DNA of 64,000 nt, taken from a virus. The DNA lies in IMG/VR virus record IMGVR_UViG_3300023117_002343, positions 1-64,000 of that record. One strand, given 5' to 3'. This document shows positions 55,689 through 64,000 of the stretch, piece by piece. The notes under the pieces were generated by a model. The model saw only the letters and a list, made by a program, of their open reading frames with translations, made no database searches and was not told the origin of the DNA. The translations under genes were made by a program, and so were the position numbers. Numbering within the stretch: position 1 is the first letter of the stretch; the number at the start of each line of letters is the position of its first letter.

Positions 55689-56612
55689 TTACTTGAAGCC
55701 AACTTTTCGGAGTCGACCCTCATATCCAATAGTACGCCAATCCTTAATCATTTCCTTTTCACCTGAAAACAAAAGATTTTCAGGAAGTTCTTGTAACTCC
55801 AGATACCATGCCGACTTATCAAACTTCCAATCAGCAGGATTCTCATCATTAACCGATGACGGAATATGAGCACCAGCACTAGGAGCACGACCTGTATTAC
55901 CGAACACCTTGTCAACGTTCAGGCATACATTGTCATTTCCCATAGCGTCCAACTTCGTCATCAGGTGTGACCATCCGGACCCCTTAATCTTGTCGGTACC
56001 ATCCTCATTGAGATGAGCTCGACGAAGCTCACGATGAATCAGGCGACCAATATAGTTCAGCTCATCAGTCAGGCCATTCTCACAACGACGAGCAAAATAT
56101 CCTCGCAAGGCCATGAAATTTACAACACAAACCAAGTTTGTGTGCTGGCCATGTAGTGTCAGATAACGACAGTCTTGGGGAGGAACACCAGCATCGACCA
56201 TATCATCATACAATGACTGGGACATTTCCGCCAATTGATTAGCGCGGTCACCAAACTCAGATTGATAAATGTTCTTAGGAACTGTTACAGCATGCTCAAT
56301 TCTTTCAGGCATTTGTGAAGTTACCACATAAGCCCAACCAACACGACCTCGAGTAAACTGCGCCAAACCGACACGACTAATTCCCTCAATTCTAACTTGA
56401 AACTGAAGTGCTTCCTGCGGAATTGGAAGAGCACGCGCGGCAATTACATCCATTGCCGCCTGAATATGCTCAGGATTATCAGGATCATACTCGTCATTGC
56501 GAAGAGAATACCATGTCTCACGAAACCATTCCCAAAACATTTTGAATGGCATGGGGTTGCCCTGCTCAAGCAGAGTTACATTAATGTGTTGAAAACCGTT
56601 AAAAGTGCTCAT
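55689..56612 (-). CDS. ThyX-fold flavoprotein with non-canonical active-site motif
   Basis: E...F...IEGISR...AQFTRGRVGWAYVVTSQ, Y.DMVDAGVPPQDCRYL and N...L..Y..RR. Confidence 0.8.
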   Translation of the reverse strand: MSTFNGFQHINVTLLEQGNPMPFKMFWEWFRETWYSLRNDEYDPDNPEHIQAAMDVIAARALPIPQEALQFQVRIEGISRVGLAQFTRGRVGWAYVVTSQMPERIEHAVTVPKNIYQSEFGDRANQLAEMSQSLYDDMVDAGVPPQDCRYLTLHGQHTNLVCVVNFMALRGYFARRCENGLTDELNYIGRLIHRELRRAHLNEDGTDKIKGSGWSHLMTKLDAMGNDNVCLNVDKVFGNTGRAPSAGAHIPSSVNDENPADWKFDKSAWYLELQELPENLLFSGEKEMIKDWRTIGYEGRLRKVGFK

Positions 56613-56654
56613 TTCTACTCCTTTGTGTGAGCCTCAGAATACCCTTGAATAATA

Positions 56655-56810
56655 TTACTGGGTGCGAAGATGTTCAATAAGTTTATCTGTCGCATTACGC
56701 AATCCACTACGATTAAATTCTGTGTCACCGATTTGCAACCAGATATCCTCAAGAAATGAATCCATTTCAACTCGATACTGTTGCATGTCTTCGTAGGAAA
56801 TTTTTGTCAA
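56655..56810 (-). CDS. Small hypothetical protein
   Basis: Non-overlapping part of ORF 56655..56951; possible TTG start at ~56810. Confidence 0.35.
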   Translation of the reverse strand: MTKISYEDMQQYRVEMDSFLEDIWLQIGDTEFNRSGLRNATDKLIEHLRTQ

Positions 56811-56826
56811 TTCTGCGGTTGGATTA

Positions 56827-57774
56827 TCAAGCAGTCTTAGTACTTGTCTCGATATTTTTGACGAGTGTTGTAATGTTGCCTGTCTCCCAGTCAAACATTT
56901 GAATACCTTCATAGCCCTTGACTCCTTGATTATATGAACGTGAGGGAACAAGACATGTTACACCATGCATCGCGTATTCTGCTGCATGTTTAGGTGAATC
57001 ATCAATAGCACAAACAACTTTACCTTGTTTGTATGCATCGAGTGAGGCCACGGCAATATACTTTTCTGAGCTCAGTTGAACCGAATCAAACTCACCCACA
57101 TAGGTTTCGAGCCATTCATAGGTTTCATTCATACACTTGAGCTCAGACGCAGGACGTGCCGTTAAAATGTGAATCCAGTAACCTTCATCTCGAAGGCGAC
57201 CTAGATTACTAACAACGTTTTGACATGTGTCAAGTTTTCTAACTTCTCCCGAATCGATAAACTCCTGCAATAGTTCATCGCCGGCTTTACCAGCAATCGG
57301 TTTGCTCAGAAAATACTCGGAAGAAGTATGATCGACATTTTCATCATAAGTTCGATTGACCCATTCATAAAAATTTTGCCTGAATCTCGCTAGAACATCA
57401 TCGACATCAACTACCACTACGGGTTGCCCTTGCCATTTTGACCAATTCTTCTTAGACCGAACATTTAGATGAGAGTCTCTAGACGCAAACGCCTGCAAGG
57501 CATCGTTCTCATCGTAACCCCATAGATTAAGAATCGCTAGACAATATCGATAAACGTCCATTGTTTCAAACAGAATATTCTGCCTGTGTGTAGGGGTAAA
57601 AGTCTGGCGATGACCCCTGTAGTCAACAGCATCAGCTAGTTTCGCCACTTCTCCATGCATTGCCAAACACAGTGTCTTGTGCTTTTCTATTTTTTCCAAC
57701 TCTGACATCTCAGCCGCATCATAGAAAATTCTGGCAAACTGTGCCTGTTTTTCCAAAAGTTCTTTCAATGTCAT
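56827..57774 (-). CDS. All-alpha NTP-pyrophosphatase-like domain fused to HAD 5'(3')-deoxyribonucleotidase (NT5C-like)
   Basis: N-terminal GEVAKL...ETMDVYRY; C-terminal VDVDDVL, ILTARP, T..WL and IDDSP. Confidence 0.82.
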   Translation of the reverse strand: MTLKELLEKQAQFARIFYDAAEMSELEKIEKHKTLCLAMHGEVAKLADAVDYRGHRQTFTPTHRQNILFETMDVYRYCLAILNLWGYDENDALQAFASRDSHLNVRSKKNWSKWQGQPVVVVDVDDVLARFRQNFYEWVNRTYDENVDHTSSEYFLSKPIAGKAGDELLQEFIDSGEVRKLDTCQNVVSNLGRLRDEGYWIHILTARPASELKCMNETYEWLETYVGEFDSVQLSSEKYIAVASLDAYKQGKVVCAIDDSPKHAAEYAMHGVTCLVPSRSYNQGVKGYEGIQMFDWETGNITTLVKNIETSTKTA

Positions 57775-57779
57775 ATCTT

Positions 57780-58004
57780 TTACTTTGGGTTGTTTACAAG
57801 ATAGCTGATGTGATCGAGAATTTCCTCGACCTGATCATCGCCACATTCCTTGTAGGATTGCCCCATTTTCTCCTTGACACTACGCCAAATATGCGCATAG
57901 GGATTTCTTGAGGAATGTTCTGGGTGAGGAGGTAAATTTCCATCCAGGGCTTTACCCCCTAGGGCAACGGCTTCACGAATTTTCTGCATATTTTCAGGCG
58001 ACAC
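57780..58004 (-). CDS. Hypothetical protein
   Basis: LPPHP.H..RNPYAHIW..VK.KMG.SYK; in-operon. Confidence 0.6.
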   Translation of the reverse strand: MSPENMQKIREAVALGGKALDGNLPPHPEHSSRNPYAHIWRSVKEKMGQSYKECGDDQVEEILDHISYLVNNPK

Positions 58005-58369
58005 TAATAGCCTCCATTGATCCTGCCTAAGTTGACTTGACCCTTTTTCATGTAGGCTTCAAATATTTCTTCGACAGAAATACCTGAATAGATCAAAATC
58101 CCTACAAGGTAATGAAGTACATCGCTCAATTCTTCCATATAAGAATCACGATCAAAGTCTTTAAACTCTGTGGTTCGATGCTTTTTGGAATTCTTAAGCA
58201 GCATATTTGACTCAAAAAGCTCATGCATACATTCATGAGAAAGGTGCTTTAAAAACTGTTGGTTTTCCTTCTCAGCAAGATCTAAGGGGAAATCTGGATG
58301 ATCCCTTTTATCTCGTAAGAGCTCCAAGAAATCTTGTTGCTGTTTATACATTTGCTCAAATTTGTCCAC
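58004..58369 (-). CDS. Dimeric dUTPase/dCTPase-like all-alpha NTP pyrophosphatase
   Basis: HELFE, KNSKKHR, EELSDVLHY and Y..K...N..R...GY. Confidence 0.82.
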   Translation of the reverse strand: MDKFEQMYKQQQDFLELLRDKRDHPDFPLDLAEKENQQFLKHLSHECMHELFESNMLLKNSKKHRTTEFKDFDRDSYMEELSDVLHYLVGILIYSGISVEEIFEAYMKKGQVNLGRINGGY

Positions 58370-58371
58370 AA

Positions 58372-58572
58372 CTACTCTCCTGGTGCTACTTCATCTTGCA
58401 TTTTTACAAGGTTTTTTTCAAAGTTCTCGACGTAATCCGGATCCAAATCAAGAACGCCATCGTTCTCAACAAATTGAACCATGCGAATATTATCAGAAAT
58501 ATCGGTACCCGTCAAAATCGCAAGTTGCAAAAGCTTTACCAGTTGTGCAATACTATTATCAGAAAGTCTCAT
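58372..58572 (-). CDS. Hypothetical protein
   Basis: GGAGG SD; LLQLAILTGTDISD. Confidence 0.65.
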   Translation of the reverse strand: MRLSDNSIAQLVKLLQLAILTGTDISDNIRMVQFVENDGVLDLDPDYVENFEKNLVKMQDEVAPGE

Positions 58573-58619
58573 ATTTTCCTCCAGGTTTGATTCAATTTTA
58601 TTAGTTTTATTGATTTTGT

Positions 58620-59417
58620 TCAGCGCTGAATTTGTGGAACCCAGTGCGTGGAACGGCCGTCTCCAGCATCCTCTTTAACCACTTCGTGGCCGTGAGGATC
58701 TGTCTTTCTTCCGTAAACCTGGAAGAAGTCTACCGCTTTGGCGTCTCCCTCAGGTGCACGATAATTCCTAATTGAAGCGCCTTGTCTTTCGTAACTTTCT
58801 TTAAGAACATTTTCTATGGCCTCCTTGAGGTTTTTCATGTCTTCTGTCGACAGAGATCCGACCAATCGGTACGGCGACAGTCGAGCTCGATATAGAGCTT
58901 CAGCTTTCACATAATTGCCAACACCGCATATAACACTCTGATCCATGATCGCTTTGGTCACGGTCCAGTGTTGCTTGACATCGAGTGCAGCATTAAACCT
59001 TTCACTCGACACATCTTCGCTCAGCATGTCTGGACCCAAACTGTTGAGCTTATCAAAAAATGCTTTTTTGGTCCGAATAACTTTCAGCGTGCCAAAATTT
59101 CTGATGTCAGAGAAGAATACTGGCGGGCCTGAGTCAAAATTAAACTTGACGCGATTGTGCTTGTTGCTCGAGTCAAGAGTCCAATGTCCAGTCATTCCCA
59201 GGGTATTCAACAGAAACTGGTCATTTTCCAGGATCCAAAATATGAGCTTGCCCTTGACGCCCACTCCAACAACTTTGGTCGGCTCAAACATTTCTATGCC
59301 TGTAATAGGCTTTTTGCAATATCTGCCAGAAATGGGCTGAATAGACAGGCATCTTCTAATACCAACCATTTGAGCCAATGACTCCCCAATCAGTTTTACT
59401 TCTGCTCCCTCTGGCAA
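58620..59417 (-). CDS. Fpg/Nei DNA glycosylase, zincless-finger type
   Basis: N-terminal PEG.EV, KGKL, LGMTG, D.RNFG, LGPD, GVGNYVKAEALY and VYG...R.THW.P; no Cys zinc finger. Confidence 0.92.
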   Translation of the reverse strand: MPEGAEVKLIGESLAQMVGIRRCLSIQPISGRYCKKPITGIEMFEPTKVVGVGVKGKLIFWILENDQFLLNTLGMTGHWTLDSSNKHNRVKFNFDSGPPVFFSDIRNFGTLKVIRTKKAFFDKLNSLGPDMLSEDVSSERFNAALDVKQHWTVTKAIMDQSVICGVGNYVKAEALYRARLSPYRLVGSLSTEDMKNLKEAIENVLKESYERQGASIRNYRAPEGDAKAVDFFQVYGRKTDPHGHEVVKEDAGDGRSTHWVPQIQR

Positions 59418-59419
59418 TT

Positions 59420-60007
59420 TTATTCCTCCCTGTTTACGCTTTTTTCAGTTTCAAATCCATTGGGGTATCTCTTGCGTAATTTTTCTACATTTACATGCAT
59501 TGCAATGGCCATTCCGCCTTCACGCCCAGACTGAATAGGACCGTGAATCTTTTTCAGAATATGCACGATATCTTTGATGACATTAGAAATACCATGACAA
59601 ATTAGAGCTGGATTAAGTTTATGTCCGTGACCTACAACTTTTTTGACATGCTCGGTTACTTCCTTGGCATTTCGGATGATCCTGAATTTTTTTCTGAAGG
59701 ATGCTGCGCAAGAATTGTTGTAATTGTCAATGTTGCCATAACTTTGCCACATGTGAAAAGGCACATCAAGCACATCCATGATTCGCGCAGCATACCATAG
59801 AACGTCACCAGCCTCTTTTGTCACTAAATCTATAGTATCAGCCAGGCTAATTTCGTTACGAGGATCGTAAATCTGGTCTACACAATCAATAAATTCCGCA
59901 CACTCGCCTATGAGGCCCAGAGCCAAAATGGCTAGATCGTCAGTAGCCGATGTTTCTCGGGTGATTTTTTGATATTCGTCGTAGGTGTATCTTTTAATGC
60001 CTGACAT
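59420..60007 (-). CDS. MazG-like nucleotide pyrophosphohydrolase (tandem domain)
   Basis: LGLIGECAE, KEAGDVLWY, KKVVGHGH and NVEKLRKRYPNGF. Confidence 0.85.
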   Translation of the reverse strand: MSGIKRYTYDEYQKITRETSATDDLAILALGLIGECAEFIDCVDQIYDPRNEISLADTIDLVTKEAGDVLWYAARIMDVLDVPFHMWQSYGNIDNYNNSCAASFRKKFRIIRNAKEVTEHVKKVVGHGHKLNPALICHGISNVIKDIVHILKKIHGPIQSGREGGMAIAMHVNVEKLRKRYPNGFETEKSVNREE

Positions 60008-61357
60008 CTAAGCAACCTCCTTTTTGAGTAGTGTTTTAAGATCAGTTTCGTACATTTTTTCAGGTGTGGTCTTTTTTGTAGCTTCGAGCTCTGCCACTTT
60101 CGCTTTTTTGATCTTTCTGAGTTCTTCAGCTTTTTCTTTGGTGAGAGAGTGAATGGCCATATTGAGCAAATAGTTGTAACTGCCAGATTCTCGATCGAAG
60201 TTCATCGCCTTGAGATCCCCTTCGATGGCTTTTTTGGGTCGATTGTTGATGACCAACCGGCCGGCAAGAATCTCTTCAATGAATTGGGCTTTATTGTCTG
60301 CAACTCTTAGCTCCTTTTCCAGTCTTTTGATGTTGTTCTTTTTACGTAGATTATAGTATTTCAGCCTGAAATTAACAAAATATTCTACGATTTCTTCTGG
60401 CTTCTCAAATATCTTAAGCTTGCCGTGCTCGTCAAGCGTTGTGTAGTTCTCTCCGATTCGCTCTTTGATCTTAAGCAGCGCCGGAAGGCGGTTTCTCTTG
60501 ACCATCTTGGCCAGATCTGCACGCTTAAATTTCAGAATGTAGTGTGGTGTCTCAGACGAGTGATCGTCGTAAGAGACTAAATCGCCCTTTTCAATTAGTT
60601 TTTCCAGGAGCGCTTCGTATTTTTCGTAGGTGAATCCCGGCGGAATTTCGGTGACTTCAACTGTCGAAGTATTTTTGACGCGAAAATTGCCGCTCATGAT
60701 CCAGGATTTTGGATTATCGGTAGCTCTCTCAAACTGGCCTGTGAAGCCATTGATCCAAGGCTTGATTTCCGGGCACTCTTTTCCTTTAAGAACCGATAGA
60801 CACGCCTTGATGAGATCGACAGGGTGACGATTGAGAATATTGGTGGCAAAGCCCACTGCGATACCGCTTCCACCGTTTAACAAGACTGTCGGAATAATAG
60901 GCAGAAAAAACCTAGGCTCGATCTTTTCGCCTTCTTCTTCCTGAGACTCACACAAGTCAAAGTCTTGATAGAGCTGTCGAAAGTTTTCGTTAAATTTGAC
61001 GCCAACATAGCGAGGAGCTCCAGCTTCCGGAGATCGCAGCGAGCCAAACTGGCCAATGCCTTGAAATATAGGCATGGAGTTTTTGAAATTCTGAGTCATG
61101 CCGATGATAGTGGCATCCAGAGAGCCATGATGAAACATGGTCATGCTGGCAGCCAGGCCGCCAAGCTGAAAGACCTTCATAGGCTTTTCTTTGCCAGTCT
61201 TCCAAACTTGATTGGCCGTGTGAGCAATTTTTCGCTGTGAAGGCTTAAAGCCGTCGATCAAGCTCGGTATGGCTCGGTTTTCCACTGTGTACAGCGCATA
61301 GTCTCTTAGCTCCCTATCAAAAAAGTCTGAGACTGTTCTTTCGGCAACTTTATCCAT
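60008..61357 (-). CDS. Type IIA topoisomerase subunit A (T4 gp52/GyrA-like)
   Basis: RAIPSLIDGFKPSQRK, G.FGS, APRY catalytic Tyr, GIAVGFATNI and TEIP; no GyrA CTD. Confidence 0.94.
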   Translation of the reverse strand: MDKVAERTVSDFFDRELRDYALYTVENRAIPSLIDGFKPSQRKIAHTANQVWKTGKEKPMKVFQLGGLAASMTMFHHGSLDATIIGMTQNFKNSMPIFQGIGQFGSLRSPEAGAPRYVGVKFNENFRQLYQDFDLCESQEEEGEKIEPRFFLPIIPTVLLNGGSGIAVGFATNILNRHPVDLIKACLSVLKGKECPEIKPWINGFTGQFERATDNPKSWIMSGNFRVKNTSTVEVTEIPPGFTYEKYEALLEKLIEKGDLVSYDDHSSETPHYILKFKRADLAKMVKRNRLPALLKIKERIGENYTTLDEHGKLKIFEKPEEIVEYFVNFRLKYYNLRKKNNIKRLEKELRVADNKAQFIEEILAGRLVINNRPKKAIEGDLKAMNFDRESGSYNYLLNMAIHSLTKEKAEELRKIKKAKVAELEATKKTTPEKMYETDLKTLLKKEVA

Positions 61358-63206
61358 TGGAAACTCCGTCTAGCATCTTCTTCTTTCTTACGTCCGAATC
61401 ACTTCCAAACCAGTCTTCAAGCGACTGATTCAGATCTTGTCCTGGCACCAATGCAAACATCTTCGGGCTCTTAATAATATCTTTATACTCCGGATCTTCC
61501 AGAGCAGCCAGCCCCTTTTTGTAGGAGACGTTCCAGCCGGAAGACTTGTTGTTTTTGGCCCAGGCCTCAAATTCCTCATTGGTATAAAACATCAGCTTCT
61601 GATCTTTCTTGTCGGCGACAACAAGCGGCGTCATGACCCTCAGCAACTTCTTTTGCTCGAGCAGTTCCGGCCAATAACGACCAAAGAAATTGACAAGCAG
61701 TCCCGCAATGTTGTCTCCGTCCGGATCGGCATCGGAATATATCAATATCTTGCCATAACGCAAATTTTTAGGCTCCTCGCCCAAACGCAATCCAATGGCA
61801 TTCAACAGAGCCTGGACCTCTTTGTTCTGAATGACTTTGGAGGCAGGCAGTCCCGCCACGTTCAGAAACTTGCCGCGAAGCGGAAAGGCACCTTGTGTCA
61901 TTGGATCGCGATACTTTCTAAAGGCACTAGAGGCTGAGTCTCCCTCGAAAAGAGACAGAGTGCACTTTTCTCTCTTGCGCCCCTTAGCATCGATGAGCTT
62001 CAGGACCTTTTGCTTTGACAGTTTCTTGTTAAGCTGGCGAAGGGCCTTTCTCTCGTCGGCCTTCTTTTTCTGCTGCGCCCAGTCCAATATGCGCTGAATA
62101 ACCTCAGAGGCACACACGGCTTTCAGAAACTTGTCAGACAGTTCGTGCTTGGAACCAAAATCTCGAGGGTCTGTAATGAGTTTCTCTTTGGTCTGCGAAG
62201 AAAAACTGGAATTGATGATGTCGGCAGAGACAAACACAAACAGGTGATTTTTAATCTCTGATGGCCTCAGATCGACCTTGTGCTTCTTTTTTAGCCGCGC
62301 GCGAATGGCATTGACAATCTGTGTTGCGATAAAATCGACGTGAGTGCCTCCGTCCGACGTAAAAACGCCATTGACAAAAGAGACGTGCTGCAGACCTCCG
62401 TCTGATGCTCCCACAGCAATTTTCCAGCGCTCCGAGGCCTCAAACTGAATATCGTCGACGTACATGCGACAATAGGAGGCGAATGAGGGATAGCTGTAAC
62501 GCTTGCCATTGAAGTAAACTTTGAGAGTGGGATTGCAGGCTGCCACGTCAATACAGCGCTTTTTCATCAGAGTGACGTGATGATCATCCAGTCCCGACAT
62601 GCCAAACTGTTTAAAGTCGGGCAGATATGTTATCTGTGTGAAGCCGGCACCCCTCTTCTTTGAGACTTTGGGCTCTTCGCGCTCTCTCATGTTGCTGCGA
62701 AATTTTTGCGAGAAGAACTTTTTTCCGTCGCAGGTCTCAATGTGAAACTCTGAGGAAAATATATTGGTCAGGGTGGCACCGACGCCATTGGTTCCCGCTA
62801 GCAATCGATCTTCTGTGTCATCAAAATTTGATCCGGCTTTGAGATTGGAGAAGATCATCTCCGGTATCCACTCTTGATGTTCTGAGTGCTTTGCAACTGG
62901 AATGCCACCATTGTCTTTCACAGCAATCTTGCCCGTCTTTTGATCGACTGCCACATCGATTCGATTAAGCTTGGGATTGCGGCGATGCTCATCAGCGGCA
63001 TTAGAAACAATCTCGTCAAAAATCTTGAGAAAGCCCGGATTTTGCTGAACCGACTGCATCTCGAAACGGCCTTCTTCATTGAGCGCATAGCACTGATCGA
63101 CTCGAGTTTTAGTGGAGCCAATGTACATTCCGGGCCTGGCGATACAGTGACTTATATCATCTAGCTTTTTATACTGTTCTTCAATGGTTTTCTTAGTTTT
63201 TGCCAT
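61350..63206 (-). CDS. Type IIA topoisomerase subunit B (T4 gp39+60/GyrB-like)
   Basis: RPGMYIGS, FDEIVSNA.D, DNGGIP, GTNGVG, EGDSA, PLRGK, DADPDG and YKKGL. Confidence 0.95.
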   Translation of the reverse strand: MAKTKKTIEEQYKKLDDISHCIARPGMYIGSTKTRVDQCYALNEEGRFEMQSVQQNPGFLKIFDEIVSNAADEHRRNPKLNRIDVAVDQKTGKIAVKDNGGIPVAKHSEHQEWIPEMIFSNLKAGSNFDDTEDRLLAGTNGVGATLTNIFSSEFHIETCDGKKFFSQKFRSNMREREEPKVSKKRGAGFTQITYLPDFKQFGMSGLDDHHVTLMKKRCIDVAACNPTLKVYFNGKRYSYPSFASYCRMYVDDIQFEASERWKIAVGASDGGLQHVSFVNGVFTSDGGTHVDFIATQIVNAIRARLKKKHKVDLRPSEIKNHLFVFVSADIINSSFSSQTKEKLITDPRDFGSKHELSDKFLKAVCASEVIQRILDWAQQKKKADERKALRQLNKKLSKQKVLKLIDAKGRKREKCTLSLFEGDSASSAFRKYRDPMTQGAFPLRGKFLNVAGLPASKVIQNKEVQALLNAIGLRLGEEPKNLRYGKILIYSDADPDGDNIAGLLVNFFGRYWPELLEQKKLLRVMTPLVVADKKDQKLMFYTNEEFEAWAKNNKSSGWNVSYKKGLAALEDPEYKDIIKSPKMFALVPGQDLNQSLEDWFGSDSDVRKKKMLDGVSNG

Positions 63207-63248
63207 TATTTTTTCGCCAACTAGACCATGCATGTATATCGGTTATAT

Positions 63249-63812
63249 TTATGCTGCTTCTTTTTTCACATCTAACTGATCTACCCAATCATAAAAATTG
63301 GGATCAGTGGCCAGCCAAGACAGTTGGGATTGATCTACTCGCGCATAGGCCATATATTTTGAATTCAAGATAGAATCGGTCAGATTCGCTCTGTGCAGAT
63401 TCGCTCTGTACAGATTCGCATCGGTCAGATCCGCATTGGTCAGATTCGCATTGGTCAGATACGCAGCGGTCAGATTCGCACCGGACAGATTCGCATCGGT
63501 CAGATTCGCTTCGGTCAGATCCGCACCCCACAGATCCGCATTGGTCAGATTCGCTTCGGCCAGTTTCGCTTCTGTCAGATTCGCATCGGTCAGTTTCGCT
63601 TCGGTCAGATTCGCACCGGACAGATTCGCATCGGTCAGATTCGCAGCGGTCAGATTCGCACCGGACAGATTCGCATCGGTCAGATTCGCTTCGGTCAGAT
63701 CCGCACCCCACAGATCCGCATTGGTCAGATCTGCCTTTTTTCCTTTGTTGCCATTAGACTCTAGCCACAATTTGTGCTGCTTCAGAATGTGATTGAGTTC
63801 AGACTGTTTCAT
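63249..63812 (-). CDS. Pentapeptide repeat protein
   Basis: IL..HKLWL N-cap followed by >20 A(N/D/K)Lxx repeats. Confidence 0.93.
   Translation of the reverse strand: MKQSELNHILKQHKLWLESNGNKGKKADLTNADLWGADLTEANLTDANLSGANLTAANLTDANLSGANLTEAKLTDANLTEAKLAEANLTNADLWGADLTEANLTDANLSGANLTAAYLTNANLTNADLTDANLYRANLHRANLTDSILNSKYMAYARVDQSQLSWLATDPNFYDWVDQLDVKKEAA
63462..63730. repeat. Perfect 89-bp direct repeat (63462-63550 = 63642-63730) within a 15-bp-period array
   Basis: Direct comparison of the sequence. Confidence 0.85.
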
Positions 63813-64000
63813 GCTGCTTCTTTTTTCACATCTAATTTATCTACCCAATCACAAAAATTGGGATCAGTGGCCAGCCAAGACAGTTGGAACTGACTCACTT
63901 TTGCATTGGACATCCATTTTGAATTCAAGATAGAATCGGACAGATTCGCATTAGTCAGATTCGCTTCGGTCAGATTCGCTTCGGTCAGATTCGTACCGGA
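63809..64000 (-). CDS. Second pentapeptide repeat protein, 3' end (partial), paralogue of 63249..63812
   Basis: Its C-terminus closely matches that of the downstream gene (..SWLATDPNF.DWVD.LDVKKEAA); its TGA overlaps the next ATG. Confidence 0.85.
   Translation of the reverse strand, partial: SGTNLTEANLTEANLTNANLSDSILNSKWMSNAKVSQFQLSWLATDPNFCDWVDKLDVKKEAA

Noticed and set aside
54707-60007. Known Z-base (PurZ/DatZ/MazZ) or 7-deazaguanine pathways
   Set aside because: No PurA-like, HD-domain dATPase, FolE/QueCDE or DpdA motifs were recognised.
51056-63206. Inteins or introns in dnaE and the topoisomerase genes
   Set aside because: Lengths are typical, motifs are contiguous, and no intein splice motifs or LAGLIDADG inserts were seen.
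616-63792. Numerous + strand and alternative-frame ORFs in the track (e.g. 9728..10291, 25373..25975, 31811..32566, 63393..63764)
   Set aside because: They are shadows of well-supported minus-strand genes or of repeats, and have no motifs of their own.
63249-64000. Near-identical 3' ends of the two pentapeptide genes as a DGR template/variable repeat pair
   Set aside because: Mismatches are not confined to adenines of one copy, both copies are coding, and no reverse transcriptase is in the window. Tandem duplication explains it.
1-64000. Eukaryotic giant virus or bacterial chromosome origin (GSII, SET, zincless Nei, DUF5824-like, GroEL, DnaE)
   Set aside because: The tail sheath, sigma factor, SD sites, coupled operons, T4-like split topoisomerase and absence of cellular housekeeping operons indicate a large bacteriophage.

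Overview
This is a gene-dense, almost entirely minus-strand segment of a large (jumbo/huge) tailed bacteriophage genome in the standard genetic code. The phage call rests on a contractile tail sheath, a 2622-aa repetitive fibre-like protein, and phage-type DnaE, split topoisomerase II, sigma factor, chaperonin and 5'-3' exonuclease genes, with Shine-Dalgarno sites and overlapping stop/start codons. A CglF/GltF-like gliding-motility gene suggests a Myxococcota or Bdellovibrionota host. No rRNA, tRNA, CRISPR array, integrase or transposase was recognised. Six observations stand out. (1) A nucleotide-remodelling cluster next to dnaE (54.7-58.4 kb) has a second ThyX-fold enzyme with an altered active site, a dNMP kinase, an NDT/MilB-family N-glycosidase and all-alpha NTP pyrophosphatases; with an orphan PD-(D/E)xK nuclease it is a candidate new base-modification pathway. 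(2) The sigma70-family factor stops before region 4.2 and is coupled to a small sigma4.2-like HTH gene, suggesting a split sigma. (3) Two recurring promoter-like motifs occur: ATATTTA and GTGTAA-N17/18-TAWAAT. (4) Many ORFs behind ATATTTA share (I/L)xE-rich leaders resembling prohead-protease sites, including a Cys-free Cu/Zn SOD, Dps, a degenerate Fe/Mn-SOD fold and a PCD fold, which may be virion-packaged cargo. (5) There is a tandem array of DGTG-motif paralogues. (6) Tandem pentapeptide-repeat genes lie directly upstream of the topoisomerase II genes. All family calls come from motif recognition by eye, not database searches. Some start codons were adjusted from the ORF track.
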